Positions 49,296 through 60,129 of a DNA stretch of 64,000 bases are shown here, one piece after another. Position 1 is the first letter of the stretch, and every line of letters begins with the position of its first letter. The stretch is taken from contig CALXJY010000002.1 of assembly GCA_944388755.1 (NCBI GenBank), forward strand, positions 4,179 to 68,178. Direction: 5' to 3'. This DNA is from an uncultured Clostridia bacterium (GTDB lineage Bacteria; Bacillota; Clostridia; TANB77; CAG-508). The translations under genes were made by a program, and so were the position numbers. The notes beneath the pieces were generated by a model that was not told where the DNA came from, searched no databases, and was given only the letters and a program-made list of their open reading frames with translations.

Positions 49296-50028
49296 TAAAA
49301 AGGCATTTCATATAGGAATGATATTATTTATAATTTTTATAGTGTTATTTGTTTCAGGTTTAATAGTGCTAAGGTATCAGGTAGAGGGAGAGACAAATAT
49401 GCCATTTAATCTTTCTAAAATTACTGTGGTTAGTGTAGCAGAAAAAGTTGATAAAGATGAAAAAATAGAAGGAAATAGATGGAACTATAGCATAAATCAA
49501 AATAACGATATATATATATATATAGAAAAAAATGAAAACTATGATAAGATAGAAACAATCAAACAAATAGAAATAAACAATGTGGAATTATCAAAAGAGA
49601 ACGAAAAGGGAGAACTAAAATTATATAAACCTGATACAGAGAATCCTAATGTTATTTTTTCAAATAAAGATGAATATAGTGTACAAAGTTTAATATATAC
49701 TGTAAAAGAAAATACTGACATGAAAAATTTAGTAATAACAAATCAAGGAGGAACTCTTACTTTTAGAGTTGCTAATAATGATGTAGCAGAATATGTATCA
49801 AATGATGAGCAGATAAATTATAATGAGTTATTAAGTAAAGCAAATGTTACTTTGGAACAGTTAAAATGCAAAGTGAAATTTGATTTGATAATAACACTAG
49901 ATTCGGGAAAAGTATATAAATCAGTAATAACATTAGATTTACCACTAGATGGCGTTATTGAGCAAGGAACAGCATCAAAAGAATTTACAGATATGCGAAG
50001 TTTTGTATTTAAACGTATAAAAAATTAG
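49267..50028 (+). CDS. membrane-anchored hypothetical protein
   Basis: 253 aa with a single N-terminal TM. Overlaps the tadA end. Confidence 0.45.
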   Translation: MKELMRRIFDKKAFHIGMILFIIFIVLFVSGLIVLRYQVEGETNMPFNLSKITVVSVAEKVDKDEKIEGNRWNYSINQNNDIYIYIEKNENYDKIETIKQIEINNVELSKENEKGELKLYKPDTENPNVIFSNKDEYSVQSLIYTVKENTDMKNLVITNQGGTLTFRVANNDVAEYVSNDEQINYNELLSKANVTLEQLKCKVKFDLIITLDSGKVYKSVITLDLPLDGVIEQGTASKEFTDMRSFVFKRIKN

Positions 50029-50087
50029 AAAAAATATTGCAAAAAATTAATTTTAAGTATATAATACAAATGGTATGTAATTTAATC

Positions 50088-50192
50088 TTTGTATAGAGAG
50101 TATCCAATAAGAGCCTATGAACCTTGTCAGGTCCGGAAGGAAGCAGCAATAAATAGATACTTTTATGTGGAATACTCTCTATAGAGAGATTA
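50088..50192 (+). ncRNA. ffs: signal recognition particle RNA (small 4.5S-type scRNA)
   Basis: Conserved domain IV motif GTCAGGTCCGGAAGGAAGCAGC, closed by the long helix GTATAGAGAGTAT/ATACTCTCTATAG. Lies in the canonical tadA-ffs-dnaX position. Confidence 0.8.
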
Positions 50193-50228
50193 AGTTATCT
50201 ACCATTTTTGAATTGAGGATGTGATAAT

Positions 50229-51797
50229 ATGGGATATACAGCATTATATAGAAAATTTAGACCTATGACATTTGGCGAAATGGTTGGACAAGAACATATT
50301 ACTAGAACATTGCGAAATCAAATTATAGCAAATAGAGTTGGACATGCTTATTTATTTAATGGAGGAAGAGGAACTGGAAAAACATCATCTGCAAAAATTT
50401 TAGCACGAGCTATAAATTGTTTAAATCCAAAAGATGGAGAACCATGTAATGAGTGTGAAATATGTAAATCTGCGTTAAATGGATCTCTTACAGATATTGT
50501 TGAAATGGATGCTGCATCAAATAATAGTGTAGAGGATATAAGAAGTATTAGAGAAGAAGTTAATTTTTTGCCAACAAAAGCAAAATATAGAGTATATATT
50601 ATAGATGAGGTACATATGCTTTCAACAGGTGCATTTAATGCATTATTAAAAACTTTGGAAGAACCACCTGAACATGTAAAATTTATTTTAGCTACAACTG
50701 AACCTCAAAAATTGCCAGCTACAATACTTTCGAGATGCCAAAGATTTGATTTTAAAAGAATATCTAATGATGATATAATAAAAAGATTAAAAGTTGTTTG
50801 CAAAGAAAGTAATGTAGAAATAACAGAAGGAGCATTAAAGATAATAGCAGTACTATCTGAAGGTGCTATGAGGGATGCGTTATCTATTTTAGAAAGATGT
50901 ATTCAAGATGGTGAGAATAAGATAGATGAAAATAAAATAAAAGATTTAGTAGGTATTCCTAAATTTGATTATATTAATAGTATTGTTAATTCTATTATAG
51001 AATATAATATAGATGAAGCATTAAAAAATGTAGAAGAAGTAATAAATCAAGGAAAAGATGTAGATAATTTTGTTTGGGAAATGATTAAATATATAAGAGA
51101 TATTTTAATATATCAAGCTTGCAAAAAACTTGATATATATAATAATCAAGAATTAGAAGAAATAAAAAAGGTAACAGATAAAGTTTCAAAGGAAAGACTG
51201 GTAGAATTGATATATAAATTATCTGAATTGCAGAGTGATATGAAATGGTCAAGTCAAAAAAATATTCTTTTTGAAGCTGGAATTATTAAATTATGTACAA
51301 AAATTGTTCCTGATTTAAAACAAAATTATGATATTACAACACCAGTAGAAAATACAAAGCAAACTTTAATACAACCTAAAATAAGTCAAACTATAGAACC
51401 AAAGATGAAAATAAATGAAGTAAAACCTAAGGAAGCGGAAAAGAAACAAAATAAAGCTGGAAGTATTTCACAGATGTGGCCAACAATTGTAACAAACTTA
51501 AAGCAGAATGGAAAGATAGTTTTATATACGAATTTGATAAATACTGATGCTACAGAATTAAATGATATGACAGTTGGTATTAATTTTAAAAAAGGTATAA
51601 CACCATTTGGAAAAGCAATACTAGAAAAACAAGAAAATATTAGGGAACTAACAAGATTAGTATCTATGGCATGTGGTAAGGAAATGCAAATAAAATATAT
51701 AAGTAATATTCAAAAAGCAGAAGTAAAGCCAACAGTGGAGGAAAATTTAAAAAATTTAGCAAAAGAATCTGATATACCATTTAATATAATAGATTAA
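50229..51797 (+). CDS. dnaX: DNA polymerase III subunits gamma/tau
   Basis: GGRGTGKTS Walker A, zinc module CNECEICK, DEVHML. Confidence 0.9.
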   Translation: MGYTALYRKFRPMTFGEMVGQEHITRTLRNQIIANRVGHAYLFNGGRGTGKTSSAKILARAINCLNPKDGEPCNECEICKSALNGSLTDIVEMDAASNNSVEDIRSIREEVNFLPTKAKYRVYIIDEVHMLSTGAFNALLKTLEEPPEHVKFILATTEPQKLPATILSRCQRFDFKRISNDDIIKRLKVVCKESNVEITEGALKIIAVLSEGAMRDALSILERCIQDGENKIDENKIKDLVGIPKFDYINSIVNSIIEYNIDEALKNVEEVINQGKDVDNFVWEMIKYIRDILIYQACKKLDIYNNQELEEIKKVTDKVSKERLVELIYKLSELQSDMKWSSQKNILFEAGIIKLCTKIVPDLKQNYDITTPVENTKQTLIQPKISQTIEPKMKINEVKPKEAEKKQNKAGSISQMWPTIVTNLKQNGKIVLYTNLINTDATELNDMTVGINFKKGITPFGKAILEKQENIRELTRLVSMACGKEMQIKYISNIQKAEVKPTVEENLKNLAKESDIPFNIID

Positions 51798-51832
51798 AAA
51801 AATAAATTATATGAGAAAGGAATGATTAAAAT

Positions 51833-52183
51833 ATGTCAAAAAGAGGTGGATTCCCAGGTGGAATGGGAGGATTCGGCGGAATGAATATAAATAATTTGAT
51901 GAAACAAGCAAAAAAAATGCAAGCTGATATGGAAAAATCTCAAGTAGAATTATCAAATAAAGAATTTGAAGCTACGGCTGGTGGAGGAGCTGTGTATGCT
52001 AAAGTTTCGGGTAGTAAAGAATTAAAGGAACTTAAACTAAAACCTGATGTAGTTGATCCTGATGATATAGAGATGCTTGAAGATTTAGTTGTTACATGTG
52101 TAAATGAAGCATTAAAGAAAGTAGATGAAGCACAAGCACAAGAACTAGGAAAATATAACATACCAGGATTAGGAGGATTTTAA
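51833..52183 (+). CDS. ybaB: nucleoid-associated protein YbaB/EbfC
   Basis: 116 aa with the conserved ...[15 protein letters not shown]... pattern. Sits in the dnaX-ybaB-recR order. Confidence 0.85.
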   Translation: MSKRGGFPGGMGGFGGMNINNLMKQAKKMQADMEKSQVELSNKEFEATAGGGAVYAKVSGSKELKELKLKPDVVDPDDIEMLEDLVVTCVNEALKKVDEAQAQELGKYNIPGLGGF

Positions 52184-52231
52184 TAGGGATTTAGGGAATT
52201 AGCCCTAAATCTTTTTTAGGAGGAGTAGTAA

Positions 52232-52831
52232 ATGTCATTATATTCACCATCAATTGAAAAACTAATAGAGAGTTTTGAGAGATTGCCAAGTATAGGGCAT
52301 AAGACTGCAGCAAGGCTTGCATTTTATATGTTAAATTGCTCAGAAGATGAAACAAATCAATTTGTTAATTCAATAATAGAAGCAAAAAAGAATTTAAAGT
52401 ATTGTAGTAAATGTTTTAATATATCAGATACTGATCCTTGTCCTATATGTAGTAACCCTAAGAGAGATGATTCTTCTATTTGTGTAGTAGAAGATGTACG
52501 TGATATTATTGCAATGGAAAAAACACATGAATTTAAAGGAGTTTACCATGTTTTGCATGGTTCGATTTCACCAATGAATGGTGTTGGACCTGATGATATT
52601 AAGATAAAGGAATTACTTTCAAGGCTTATGGATGGTCATGTTAAAGAAGTTATTATTGCAACAAATCCTAGAGTTGAGGGAGAGGCAACAGCAATGTATT
52701 TATCTAAATTGATAAAGCCACTTGGGGTAAAGGTTACAAGAATAGCACACGGAATACCAGTAGGGGGAGATTTAGAGTATACTGATGAGGTTACTCTTAC
52801 AAAAGCTTTAGAAGGCAGAAGAGAGATGTAA
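52232..52831 (+). CDS. recR: recombination protein RecR
   Basis: C4 zinc finger [16 protein letters not shown], Toprim domain, 199 aa. Confidence 0.9.
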   Translation: MSLYSPSIEKLIESFERLPSIGHKTAARLAFYMLNCSEDETNQFVNSIIEAKKNLKYCSKCFNISDTDPCPICSNPKRDDSSICVVEDVRDIIAMEKTHEFKGVYHVLHGSISPMNGVGPDDIKIKELLSRLMDGHVKEVIIATNPRVEGEATAMYLSKLIKPLGVKVTRIAHGIPVGGDLEYTDEVTLTKALEGRREM

Positions 52832-52847
52832 ATTTGATTTAATATTT

Positions 52848-52900
52848 CTCTTTTTTTGTTGAATAGAGAAAATTGGTAATTCTCTATTCAACAAAAAATA
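52848..52900. terminator. bidirectional terminator (15-bp perfect stem)
   Basis: TTGTTGAATAGAGAA/TTCTCTATTCAACAA flanked by T6 and A5. Confidence 0.7.
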
Positions 52901-52956
52901 TAGGTAAAAGTTCTGATAAGGTAAAAATTTCTAATAAAGAAGCGGATATAAAATAT

Positions 52957-54279
52957 TTAAAATATACTATTTTTATTTCGCAATATTCTGTGATTAATAA
53001 TAAAAGTATTTATGGCTTCTATTATAATTACACAGATTGAAAGAATTATTATGAAAATAGGGTTTATTTTTTGTGGTATTTGTGAGAAGTAATATATTTG
53101 TTCTTTTATTTCATTTAATTTTAGATTTAGATTTAGTGTATCTATTTGGAGTATATTTTCTATTGCAAAATTTATTATATAATGTAATAGTATAAAAATA
53201 ATTATAGAAATTAAAATACCAATAATACATAAGAAAATATTTTCAATAATAGTAATTTTTTGAATATCTTTATTTGTATAACCTTCTACTTTTAAAATCC
53301 ATAATTCACTAGTTTGTAGATAGCTTTTATTTATATTTGTTGTTAATAGTACAAATAACAGAATAATTAGTGAGATTATAAATAGAAATATTATTAACTT
53401 TTTTATTATTTCCATTGTTTCTATTGATAAATTTAAGCTTTGTGAAATATTATATTCTGTTTTACTAATATTATTTGCTAATGTATTTTCAGCTTCTTTT
53501 TCTAAATTATTTTTACTTATTATATTTTTTTCATCGAGTAATCTCAAGGTTTCTTCTACATTACTAATGTTATCTACAGTAATTTGCAATTGAAAATAAT
53601 TAGGAATATAATTAATTTCTTTATTTAATTCTCTTATAACTTGTATTGGAACATATGGAGTTTTAGTATTGTTATATTTTTGACTATCATAGATTCCAAC
53701 AACTAGAAATTCTTTTTCAAATGAGTTTGTATTATCAGGTGTAAACTTAATTGATATTTTTTTATTAAGTAGTGTTTCTCCATTTATATATTCATTTTCA
53801 GAAATAGGATTAGTGTAATCTCTAAAATTTGAATTAGCATATATTTTACTTGGTAAAATAATTACATATCTATCTGTTTCAGATATTTTTCTACCACTAA
53901 TTACTTCAGGACATGTTTTAGTATTTATAGGTTTTATTTTTATATAACCATCAGTAAAACTATTTTTTAAATTTTCACAGGTTTCAACTGCTATAACTTT
54001 TTGTTCATATTGATCAGCAATCATTTGAATATGATCAATACTTTGTAAATTTTCTAAAATTTGATTATAATTTTGTTGATTATAGCTAATACCATTGATA
54101 GTTCGTAATTCTATACTGTTTTGGATATTTTCTATTTGAGATGATACAGAATAAATAATCATATTTATAGAAAATAAGATTATTAATAAAAAGCATAATG
54201 GTACAATTAAAATAAGATTTCTTTTTCTATTTTGTTTAATTCTTTTTATTGATATATCTAAAATTTTATTAAACGTCAT
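52957..54279 (-). CDS. ABC transporter permease, FtsX-like (MacB-type)
   Basis: 440 aa. N-terminal TM, a large extracytoplasmic domain, and C-terminal TM helices. Confidence 0.65.
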   Translation of the reverse strand: MTFNKILDISIKRIKQNRKRNLILIVPLCFLLIILFSINMIIYSVSSQIENIQNSIELRTINGISYNQQNYNQILENLQSIDHIQMIADQYEQKVIAVETCENLKNSFTDGYIKIKPINTKTCPEVISGRKISETDRYVIILPSKIYANSNFRDYTNPISENEYINGETLLNKKISIKFTPDNTNSFEKEFLVVGIYDSQKYNNTKTPYVPIQVIRELNKEINYIPNYFQLQITVDNISNVEETLRLLDEKNIISKNNLEKEAENTLANNISKTEYNISQSLNLSIETMEIIKKLIIFLFIISLIILLFVLLTTNINKSYLQTSELWILKVEGYTNKDIQKITIIENIFLCIIGILISIIIFILLHYIINFAIENILQIDTLNLNLKLNEIKEQIYYFSQIPQKINPIFIIILSICVIIIEAINTFIINHRILRNKNSIF

Positions 54280-54949
54280 TTGTTTTTAAAATTCCTTCTT
54301 CTAAATTTAACATTATATCGGCATAGTTTTTTATTTTTTCACTATGTGATACAATTATAACACATTTATTATTTTTACTTAGTTGTTTTAATATTTCAAA
54401 AATATTTTTTTGATTTTTTTCATCTAGATTTCCGGTAGGTTCATCTGCTAGTATAATTTGTGGTTTATTGGCTAAAGCCCTAGCTATTGCGACTCTTTGT
54501 TGTTCACCTCCTGATAATTCTTTTGGAAGGTGTTTTTTTCTTTTATCAAGTCCCATTAAATTAATTAATTCTTCTGTTCTTTTTTTTCGTCTTATTTTAT
54601 CATAATTTTCATTGATATACATTGGTTGCATTATATTTTCTTCAATGGTTAAATTTTTGTTTAGGTAAAAAGACTGAAAAATAAATCCAATATTTTTCAT
54701 TCTTAAATTTGCTTTTTGTGAATCTGATAATGAACTTATATCTATTTCGTCAATAAATAAAGTACCTTTTGAGAATTTATCTATTGTTCCAATAATGTTA
54801 AGTAGTGTTGTTTTTCCACTTCCTGATGCTCCAGTTATTCCATATAATTTTCCAAGTTCAAATTTAAAATTAATATTTTTTAATACTTCAATTTTTTCTT
54901 TATTTTTTATATATTCTTTATATCCATTTACTATTTTTATTTTACTCAT
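54269..54949 (-). CDS. ABC transporter ATP-binding protein (MacB/LolD-type)
   Basis: Walker A GASGSGKTT, signature LSGGEQQRVAIARAL, Walker B ILADEPTGNLD. Start at MSKIKI with RBS GAAGGAG. Confidence 0.85.
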   Translation of the reverse strand: MSKIKIVNGYKEYIKNKEKIEVLKNINFKFELGKLYGITGASGSGKTTLLNIIGTIDKFSKGTLFIDEIDISSLSDSQKANLRMKNIGFIFQSFYLNKNLTIEENIMQPMYINENYDKIRRKKRTEELINLMGLDKRKKHLPKELSGGEQQRVAIARALANKPQIILADEPTGNLDEKNQKNIFEILKQLSKNNKCVIIVSHSEKIKNYADIMLNLEEGILKTNDV

Positions 54950-54971
54950 TTTTTCTCCTTCTTCATTTTTA

Positions 54972-55742
54972 TTATATAGCACTTTTTAATATTTTTTTAG
55001 TTCTATTGCATACAAAAATACTTAATATAATTATATAACTTAGATTTATAGAAATATTTTTAATTAAATTTAATTTTGTTGAAATCATAAAGTGTTTTAA
55101 TATAATATATTGAAATAAATTGTATAAAATAAATCCTAAAATAAAACTAATAAGATATATTATTATAAATATACAAAAAATAATAAATTTTATTTTATTT
55201 GAATTATAACCTGTAAAATATAGTAATTTTATATTTTCTTTTTCACTATTTAATATATTTATAGAGATAAATATGAATAAGAAAATAACAATTAAAATTA
55301 TAGTATATTTAATTATTGTAGATGCCATTTTTACATTATTATAGCTTGTAAAAAAGGGATTATCTACAAGTTGTCTTTCTGTTTTAATACCATATTTGCT
55401 AAAAATATTTTGAACATATTCTACATTTTTCCAATCATCGATAATAATATCGTAAATAGGAATAGTATATGTTTCAAAATCTAATATTTCTGTTGTAATA
55501 TTTTCTACGTGTTTAATATTTTTAATTTGATTTTGTTGATCTTGTGTTAAAATGATTTCTGTATTTGGTATATATATAGTTCTGCCTGCTTCTGCATCTA
55601 CAATTTTAGTATCATAATAAGAATTTATAATTGGTATAATATTAAGTGAGATGTTTAAGACTATAAATAAGAAGATAAATAGTATTAAATATGCTATGTT
55701 TGACTTACTTTTTAACATACTTTTAAAATAACCTAATATCAT
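54972..55742 (-). CDS. FtsX-like permease family membrane protein
   Basis: Start at MILGYFK with RBS AAAGGAG. N-terminal TM, extracytoplasmic domain and C-terminal TM helices. Confidence 0.55.
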   Translation of the reverse strand: MILGYFKSMLKSKSNIAYLILFIFLFIVLNISLNIIPIINSYYDTKIVDAEAGRTIYIPNTEIILTQDQQNQIKNIKHVENITTEILDFETYTIPIYDIIIDDWKNVEYVQNIFSKYGIKTERQLVDNPFFTSYNNVKMASTIIKYTIILIVIFLFIFISINILNSEKENIKLLYFTGYNSNKIKFIIFCIFIIIYLISFILGFILYNLFQYIILKHFMISTKLNLIKNISINLSYIIILSIFVCNRTKKILKSAI

Positions 55743-55870
55743 TATTAATGCTCCTTTATGATTTAGTATTATTAAATAAATAATATATAAAAAATATATT
55801 TTAGTCAAGTTTTTTATGAAATCTTACAAATTTTGTATTTTATTATACTTATAATCTCAACACAATATAA

Positions 55871-55972
55871 AGGTTATCTATGAAAAATGCAAAAGTTTTA
55901 CAAAAGTTACCTGTGAAAAATGCAAAAATTTTATAAAAGTTATCTGTAAAAAATGCAAAAAGACTTGACAAA
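55871..55972. repeat. three tandem copies of a roughly 33-bp unit (GTTAYCTRTRAAAAATGCAAAA...), the last overlapping a TTGACA -35 box
   Basis: Direct reading of the divergent intergenic region between the ABC operon and the DUF4143 ATPase gene. Confidence 0.65.
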
Positions 55973-56016
55973 TATAATATTATCTTTTAGAATATATTTA
56001 AAAAGGGAGTAAAGTT

Positions 56017-57330
56017 ATGGATAGGAAAATTTATAAAGATTTGTTGAATTGGAAAAATAATAATATAGAAATGCCATTAATGGTTATTGGTGCTAGACAA
56101 GTTGGGAAAACATATACAATAAAAAAATTTTGTGAAAGAGAATTTCAAAAGTATGTATATATAAATTTATTTGAAAATGAGAATATTGTTGAATTATTTG
56201 AGAGAAAAATTTCTGTTACTGAAAAAATACGAATGTTGAAAATTATTATCAAAAGTGAACAAAATATTGATGTAGATTTTGAAAAAACAGTAATTTTTTT
56301 TGATGAAGTGCAGGAAAGCGAAGAAATAATAAGTACATTGAAATATTTTAATGAATCTGATATACATTACAAAATAATTTGTGCAGGAAGCTTACTAGGT
56401 GTTAAATTAAAAAGAATGTCTAAACCTTTTCCTGTGGGAAAAGTAGAAATACTATATATGAAACCAATGGATTTTGAAGAATTTTTAATAGCTGATAGTG
56501 GAAAAGATATGATAAACATTATAAAAGAACATTTTGAAAATAACATACCAATAGTTGATATAATGCATAATGAATTATTGTCTTTATATAGGTTATATAT
56601 TTGTACAGGTGGAATGCCAGCTTCTGTTAAAAATATTTTAGAAGTTAATAAAGATATTTTAAAATATAACAAAAAAATTCTGAGAAATATTATTGATGGT
56701 TATTTAAATGATATGAAGAAATATGTAAAAGATGCGACAGAAACTATAAGAATAGAAAATATATATAATTCTATTCCAACACAAATAGGAAATAAAAGCA
56801 ATAAATTTCAATTTAGTAAGGTTCGTAGTGGTGCAAGAAGTAAAAATTATGAAACTGCATTACAATGGTTGCTATCTAGTAATTTAGTTACTAAAATCTG
56901 TTTATTAAAAGTTCCTAAAAATCCGCCTGAAGCATTTAAAGATGAAGATATTTTTAAATTATATCTTAGTGATATTGGAATATTAAATTCTATTTTAAAT
57001 ATTAATTTGGAAGATATTATTTTAGATAAGGAGTTTATTTATAAAGGAGAATTAGCTGAAAATTATGTGCAACAACAATTAAATATCAATTTTGAAAAGA
57101 TTTATTATTGGAAAAATAACAATACCGCTGAAGTTGATTTTCTTATTCAGAATAAAGATGGTCTCATACCAATTGAGGTAAAAGCGGGAGACTCTGTTAA
57201 ATCTAAAAGTTTAAATTTGTATATGAAACAATTTAAACCTAGTTATGGAATACGAATATGTACAAAAAATTATGGATTTTCCAACGGAATAAGAACAATT
57301 CCTTTATATGCAGTTTTTTTAATTAAGTAA
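56017..57330 (+). CDS. AAA-family ATP-binding protein (AAA_14 plus DUF4143 architecture)
   Basis: Walker A GARQVGKT, Walker B FFDEVQ, 437 aa. Confidence 0.75.
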   Translation: MDRKIYKDLLNWKNNNIEMPLMVIGARQVGKTYTIKKFCEREFQKYVYINLFENENIVELFERKISVTEKIRMLKIIIKSEQNIDVDFEKTVIFFDEVQESEEIISTLKYFNESDIHYKIICAGSLLGVKLKRMSKPFPVGKVEILYMKPMDFEEFLIADSGKDMINIIKEHFENNIPIVDIMHNELLSLYRLYICTGGMPASVKNILEVNKDILKYNKKILRNIIDGYLNDMKKYVKDATETIRIENIYNSIPTQIGNKSNKFQFSKVRSGARSKNYETALQWLLSSNLVTKICLLKVPKNPPEAFKDEDIFKLYLSDIGILNSILNINLEDIILDKEFIYKGELAENYVQQQLNINFEKIYYWKNNNTAEVDFLIQNKDGLIPIEVKAGDSVKSKSLNLYMKQFKPSYGIRICTKNYGFSNGIRTIPLYAVFLIK

Positions 57331-57354
57331 TAAAAAGATAAGAGAAAAATTAAA

Positions 57355-57395
57355 ATGATTGCAAATCTTAAGGCTTTCCGATTTGTTCTTAATTG
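57355..57395. repeat. dispersed intergenic repeat, copy D (core only: TTGCAAATCTTAAGGCTTTCCGATTTGTTCTT)
   Basis: Matches the 3' core of copies A-C. Confidence 0.65.
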
Positions 57396-57425
57396 ATTTA
57401 AATATAATTTTAAAAGGATACGCAT

Positions 57426-58556
57426 TTATTGGTATCCTTTTAAAATTATATTACATATATTTTCTGCAGAATGCTTTTTGCCTAATAAATTTGTATTTTT
57501 TTTCATTTCTTCTAATTTTTGAGGATTTGAAAATAAATTTTCAAATATTTCTTTTGGATTATCATGTTTTTTTATCCAAATAGCAACACCTGTTTTTTCT
57601 AAAAATTCTGCATTTTCTTCTTCTTGACCAGGTATTGGATTTATAATAATCATAGGTAAATTAGAAGCAAGGCTCTCAGAGGTAGTTAAACCACCAGGTT
57701 TTGTAATAACTAATTCTGAAATATGCATTAATTCAGGAACTTTATTTGTAAAATCTAAAACTTTTACATATTTATCTTTTTTATTTTTTTCAACTACTTC
57801 TGTAAAATGTTTTTTCATTCTTTCATTTTTCCCTGCAATAGCTACAACTTGAATATTATCAATATATCTTATTAAACTTTCAAAAATTTCGATAGTTCTG
57901 TTTTTCCCTAAGCCATATTCTCCACCACCGAAAAAAAGTATAGTCTTTAAATTTTTGTCTAATCCCAAATTTTTAAATATTTCATCTTTATTAAAATTAC
58001 TAAAAAATCTACTTGAAATAGGTATTCCAGTTGCAAAAACTTTATTTTCAGGAATATTTTTAGAAATTAAGTAATTTTTCATTTTTTCGTGTGCAACGAA
58101 AAAGAAATCAGTATAATTATTACCAATTAGCCATTGGTCATGAGGCGCAAAATCTGTCATGATTGTTGCAATTTTAGAATCTATTTTTCCTTTTCTTTTT
58201 AAATAGCTACACATTTGACTTCCAAATGGATGTGTAGAAATAATAATATCTGGTTTTTTCTCTCGTAGTAGTTTTAATAGTTTTATGGCCATTATCTTAT
58301 TAGAACGTGACGAAATATGTGCTAAAGGACCTTTTTGGGAGTCTGAATAAATTCTACCCCATGCCCAAGGAAGTTTTTTTGCCATTTCTCGATATGCAGT
58401 AGTAGTTATTTTTTCTAGTGTTATATTTACATATTTCATACAGTCAATTAGTTCAACATCTAAATTAGAATTTGTATTTTTTAAACATTCTTGTATGGAT
58501 TTAGCAGCATTTAGGTGGCCTCCACCATATGAGGCATAAAATATAATTATTTTCAT
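57426..58556 (-). CDS. MGDG-synthase-family / GT28 glycosyltransferase (UgtP-like diacylglycerol glycosyltransferase)
   Basis: 376 aa. N-terminal IFYASYGGGHLNAA and C-terminal GT-B fold with GG..GLG. Confidence 0.65.
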   Translation of the reverse strand: MKIIIFYASYGGGHLNAAKSIQECLKNTNSNLDVELIDCMKYVNITLEKITTTAYREMAKKLPWAWGRIYSDSQKGPLAHISSRSNKIMAIKLLKLLREKKPDIIISTHPFGSQMCSYLKRKGKIDSKIATIMTDFAPHDQWLIGNNYTDFFFVAHEKMKNYLISKNIPENKVFATGIPISSRFFSNFNKDEIFKNLGLDKNLKTILFFGGGEYGLGKNRTIEIFESLIRYIDNIQVVAIAGKNERMKKHFTEVVEKNKKDKYVKVLDFTNKVPELMHISELVITKPGGLTTSESLASNLPMIIINPIPGQEEENAEFLEKTGVAIWIKKHDNPKEIFENLFSNPQKLEEMKKNTNLLGKKHSAENICNIILKGYQ

Positions 58557-58652
58557 AAATTATCCTTTCAATTTTATATTGTTACTATTTTAACATATAT
58601 CTAATAAAAATACAAATTATAAGCAAAAAAAGAAGTGGAAATTCCACTTCAA

Positions 58653-60026
58653 TTACATGGTTAAAATTCCATTTGGTGTATCTTTTATAACCAAAATATC
58701 TTCTTCATTACCATTTTCAGCATTAATATATACTAAGAATTCGGTATCATTTATTTTACCTTTAAATTCATAACATAATATTTCAGTTTGCCATTCAGTA
58801 GGAATAATGGCTAAACCTTCACTTTCTATGTTTAATTTAGAATTTAAAACTTTTTTTGCATCATCTTTTGTAATTTTTATATTGCTTAAATCTCTATTGC
58901 AATGGTTATTTAGGTAACCAGTTGTTTCAATACCTAAAATATCGCCATTATCAAGTGCAACTTTTACTTTTATTAAGTCAGGGTATATTATTACTCTTTC
59001 TTGATTATATGCATAATTTATTGTTACTATACCTTCTTGTTTCATATAATAGGTTTCTTTCATATTAGTAAATCCTCTTGATGATAAAAAATCTTTACCT
59101 ATTTGATTAGCTTTTTCTTGTGATATAATTTCAGAGTTTACATCTCTATTGTAATTCATATAAATTACATGACCACCTTTTTCAGAGATGGAAATATTTA
59201 TATTTTCATCATTATTTGTGGTAAGTGAGAAGCTATAAGCAGGTATATTGGCATTTTCTGAGAGTCCAAGGTTTGATATTTCTTTTATTTTATCTTGACC
59301 TATAAAATTATTTGCAATTTCTTTTGCTTTATTTTCATCAATATTATCACCTGTAAGTCCTCTTTTTTCTGAATTTGTAAGATGTTCAGAATATGCACCA
59401 TCATATATTAAGCCTTGGTATTCATGAAAGTTTTCTTCTAAGCTACTAAATCCATCTTGACTTTCTGTACTTACTTGTTGTGCAAATGCAGGGTTTCCTT
59501 TTTTGGTTAATTCTCCCCATGTTATTCTACCTGAGTTGATATCATCTGATAATTGGTTTAAAGTATTTTCCAATTCTATACTATATGAGTGTAAATTTTG
59601 TAAATTATTAAAATCTTCGTCTTCTAATTTTTGATCATATATATTTTTTCTTGATAAAGAATAGCTATAATCACTAACTTGATTTAAGAACTTTTGTGTA
59701 TTTTCTAATTCCTGACTTTCAATTGGTAGTCTAGATAAATAAGTTTGTGCCATATTGGCTTCTCTCCATAGACTTGTTAATGTTTCTGCACCTTGCTCAG
59801 GAGTTGTAGAGATTAAAGACTTTGCTAAATATGTTTCTACATTTCCAACATAGTCAACTAATTCATAAAAAGCCATATTATATGTGTTTTCTGATATTTG
59901 TTTTGCCTCTACTTGTTTTTGATATAATAGAATACCTAAAGCAATTGTAATTATTAGGAATATTCCTATTACACTTAACATATGTCCTTTTTTTAACCTT
60001 GAAATCCAATCTTTTATTTTATTCAT
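58653..60026 (-). CDS. ypeB: germination protein YpeB (SleB-associated, PepSY domains)
   Basis: 457 aa. N-terminal TM. Lies immediately downstream of sleB on the same strand. Confidence 0.7.
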   Translation of the reverse strand: MNKIKDWISRLKKGHMLSVIGIFLIITIALGILLYQKQVEAKQISENTYNMAFYELVDYVGNVETYLAKSLISTTPEQGAETLTSLWREANMAQTYLSRLPIESQELENTQKFLNQVSDYSYSLSRKNIYDQKLEDEDFNNLQNLHSYSIELENTLNQLSDDINSGRITWGELTKKGNPAFAQQVSTESQDGFSSLEENFHEYQGLIYDGAYSEHLTNSEKRGLTGDNIDENKAKEIANNFIGQDKIKEISNLGLSENANIPAYSFSLTTNNDENINISISEKGGHVIYMNYNRDVNSEIISQEKANQIGKDFLSSRGFTNMKETYYMKQEGIVTINYAYNQERVIIYPDLIKVKVALDNGDILGIETTGYLNNHCNRDLSNIKITKDDAKKVLNSKLNIESEGLAIIPTEWQTEILCYEFKGKINDTEFLVYINAENGNEEDILVIKDTPNGILTM

Positions 60027-60129
60027 ATTAAAAAATCATTCCTTGTATAATATATTTAGGTTTTTAAAAGGTTGCCTATAAACCTTTTTACTTAATTTTA
60101 TCTTTTTTATGGGATTTTTAATTGTAAAT

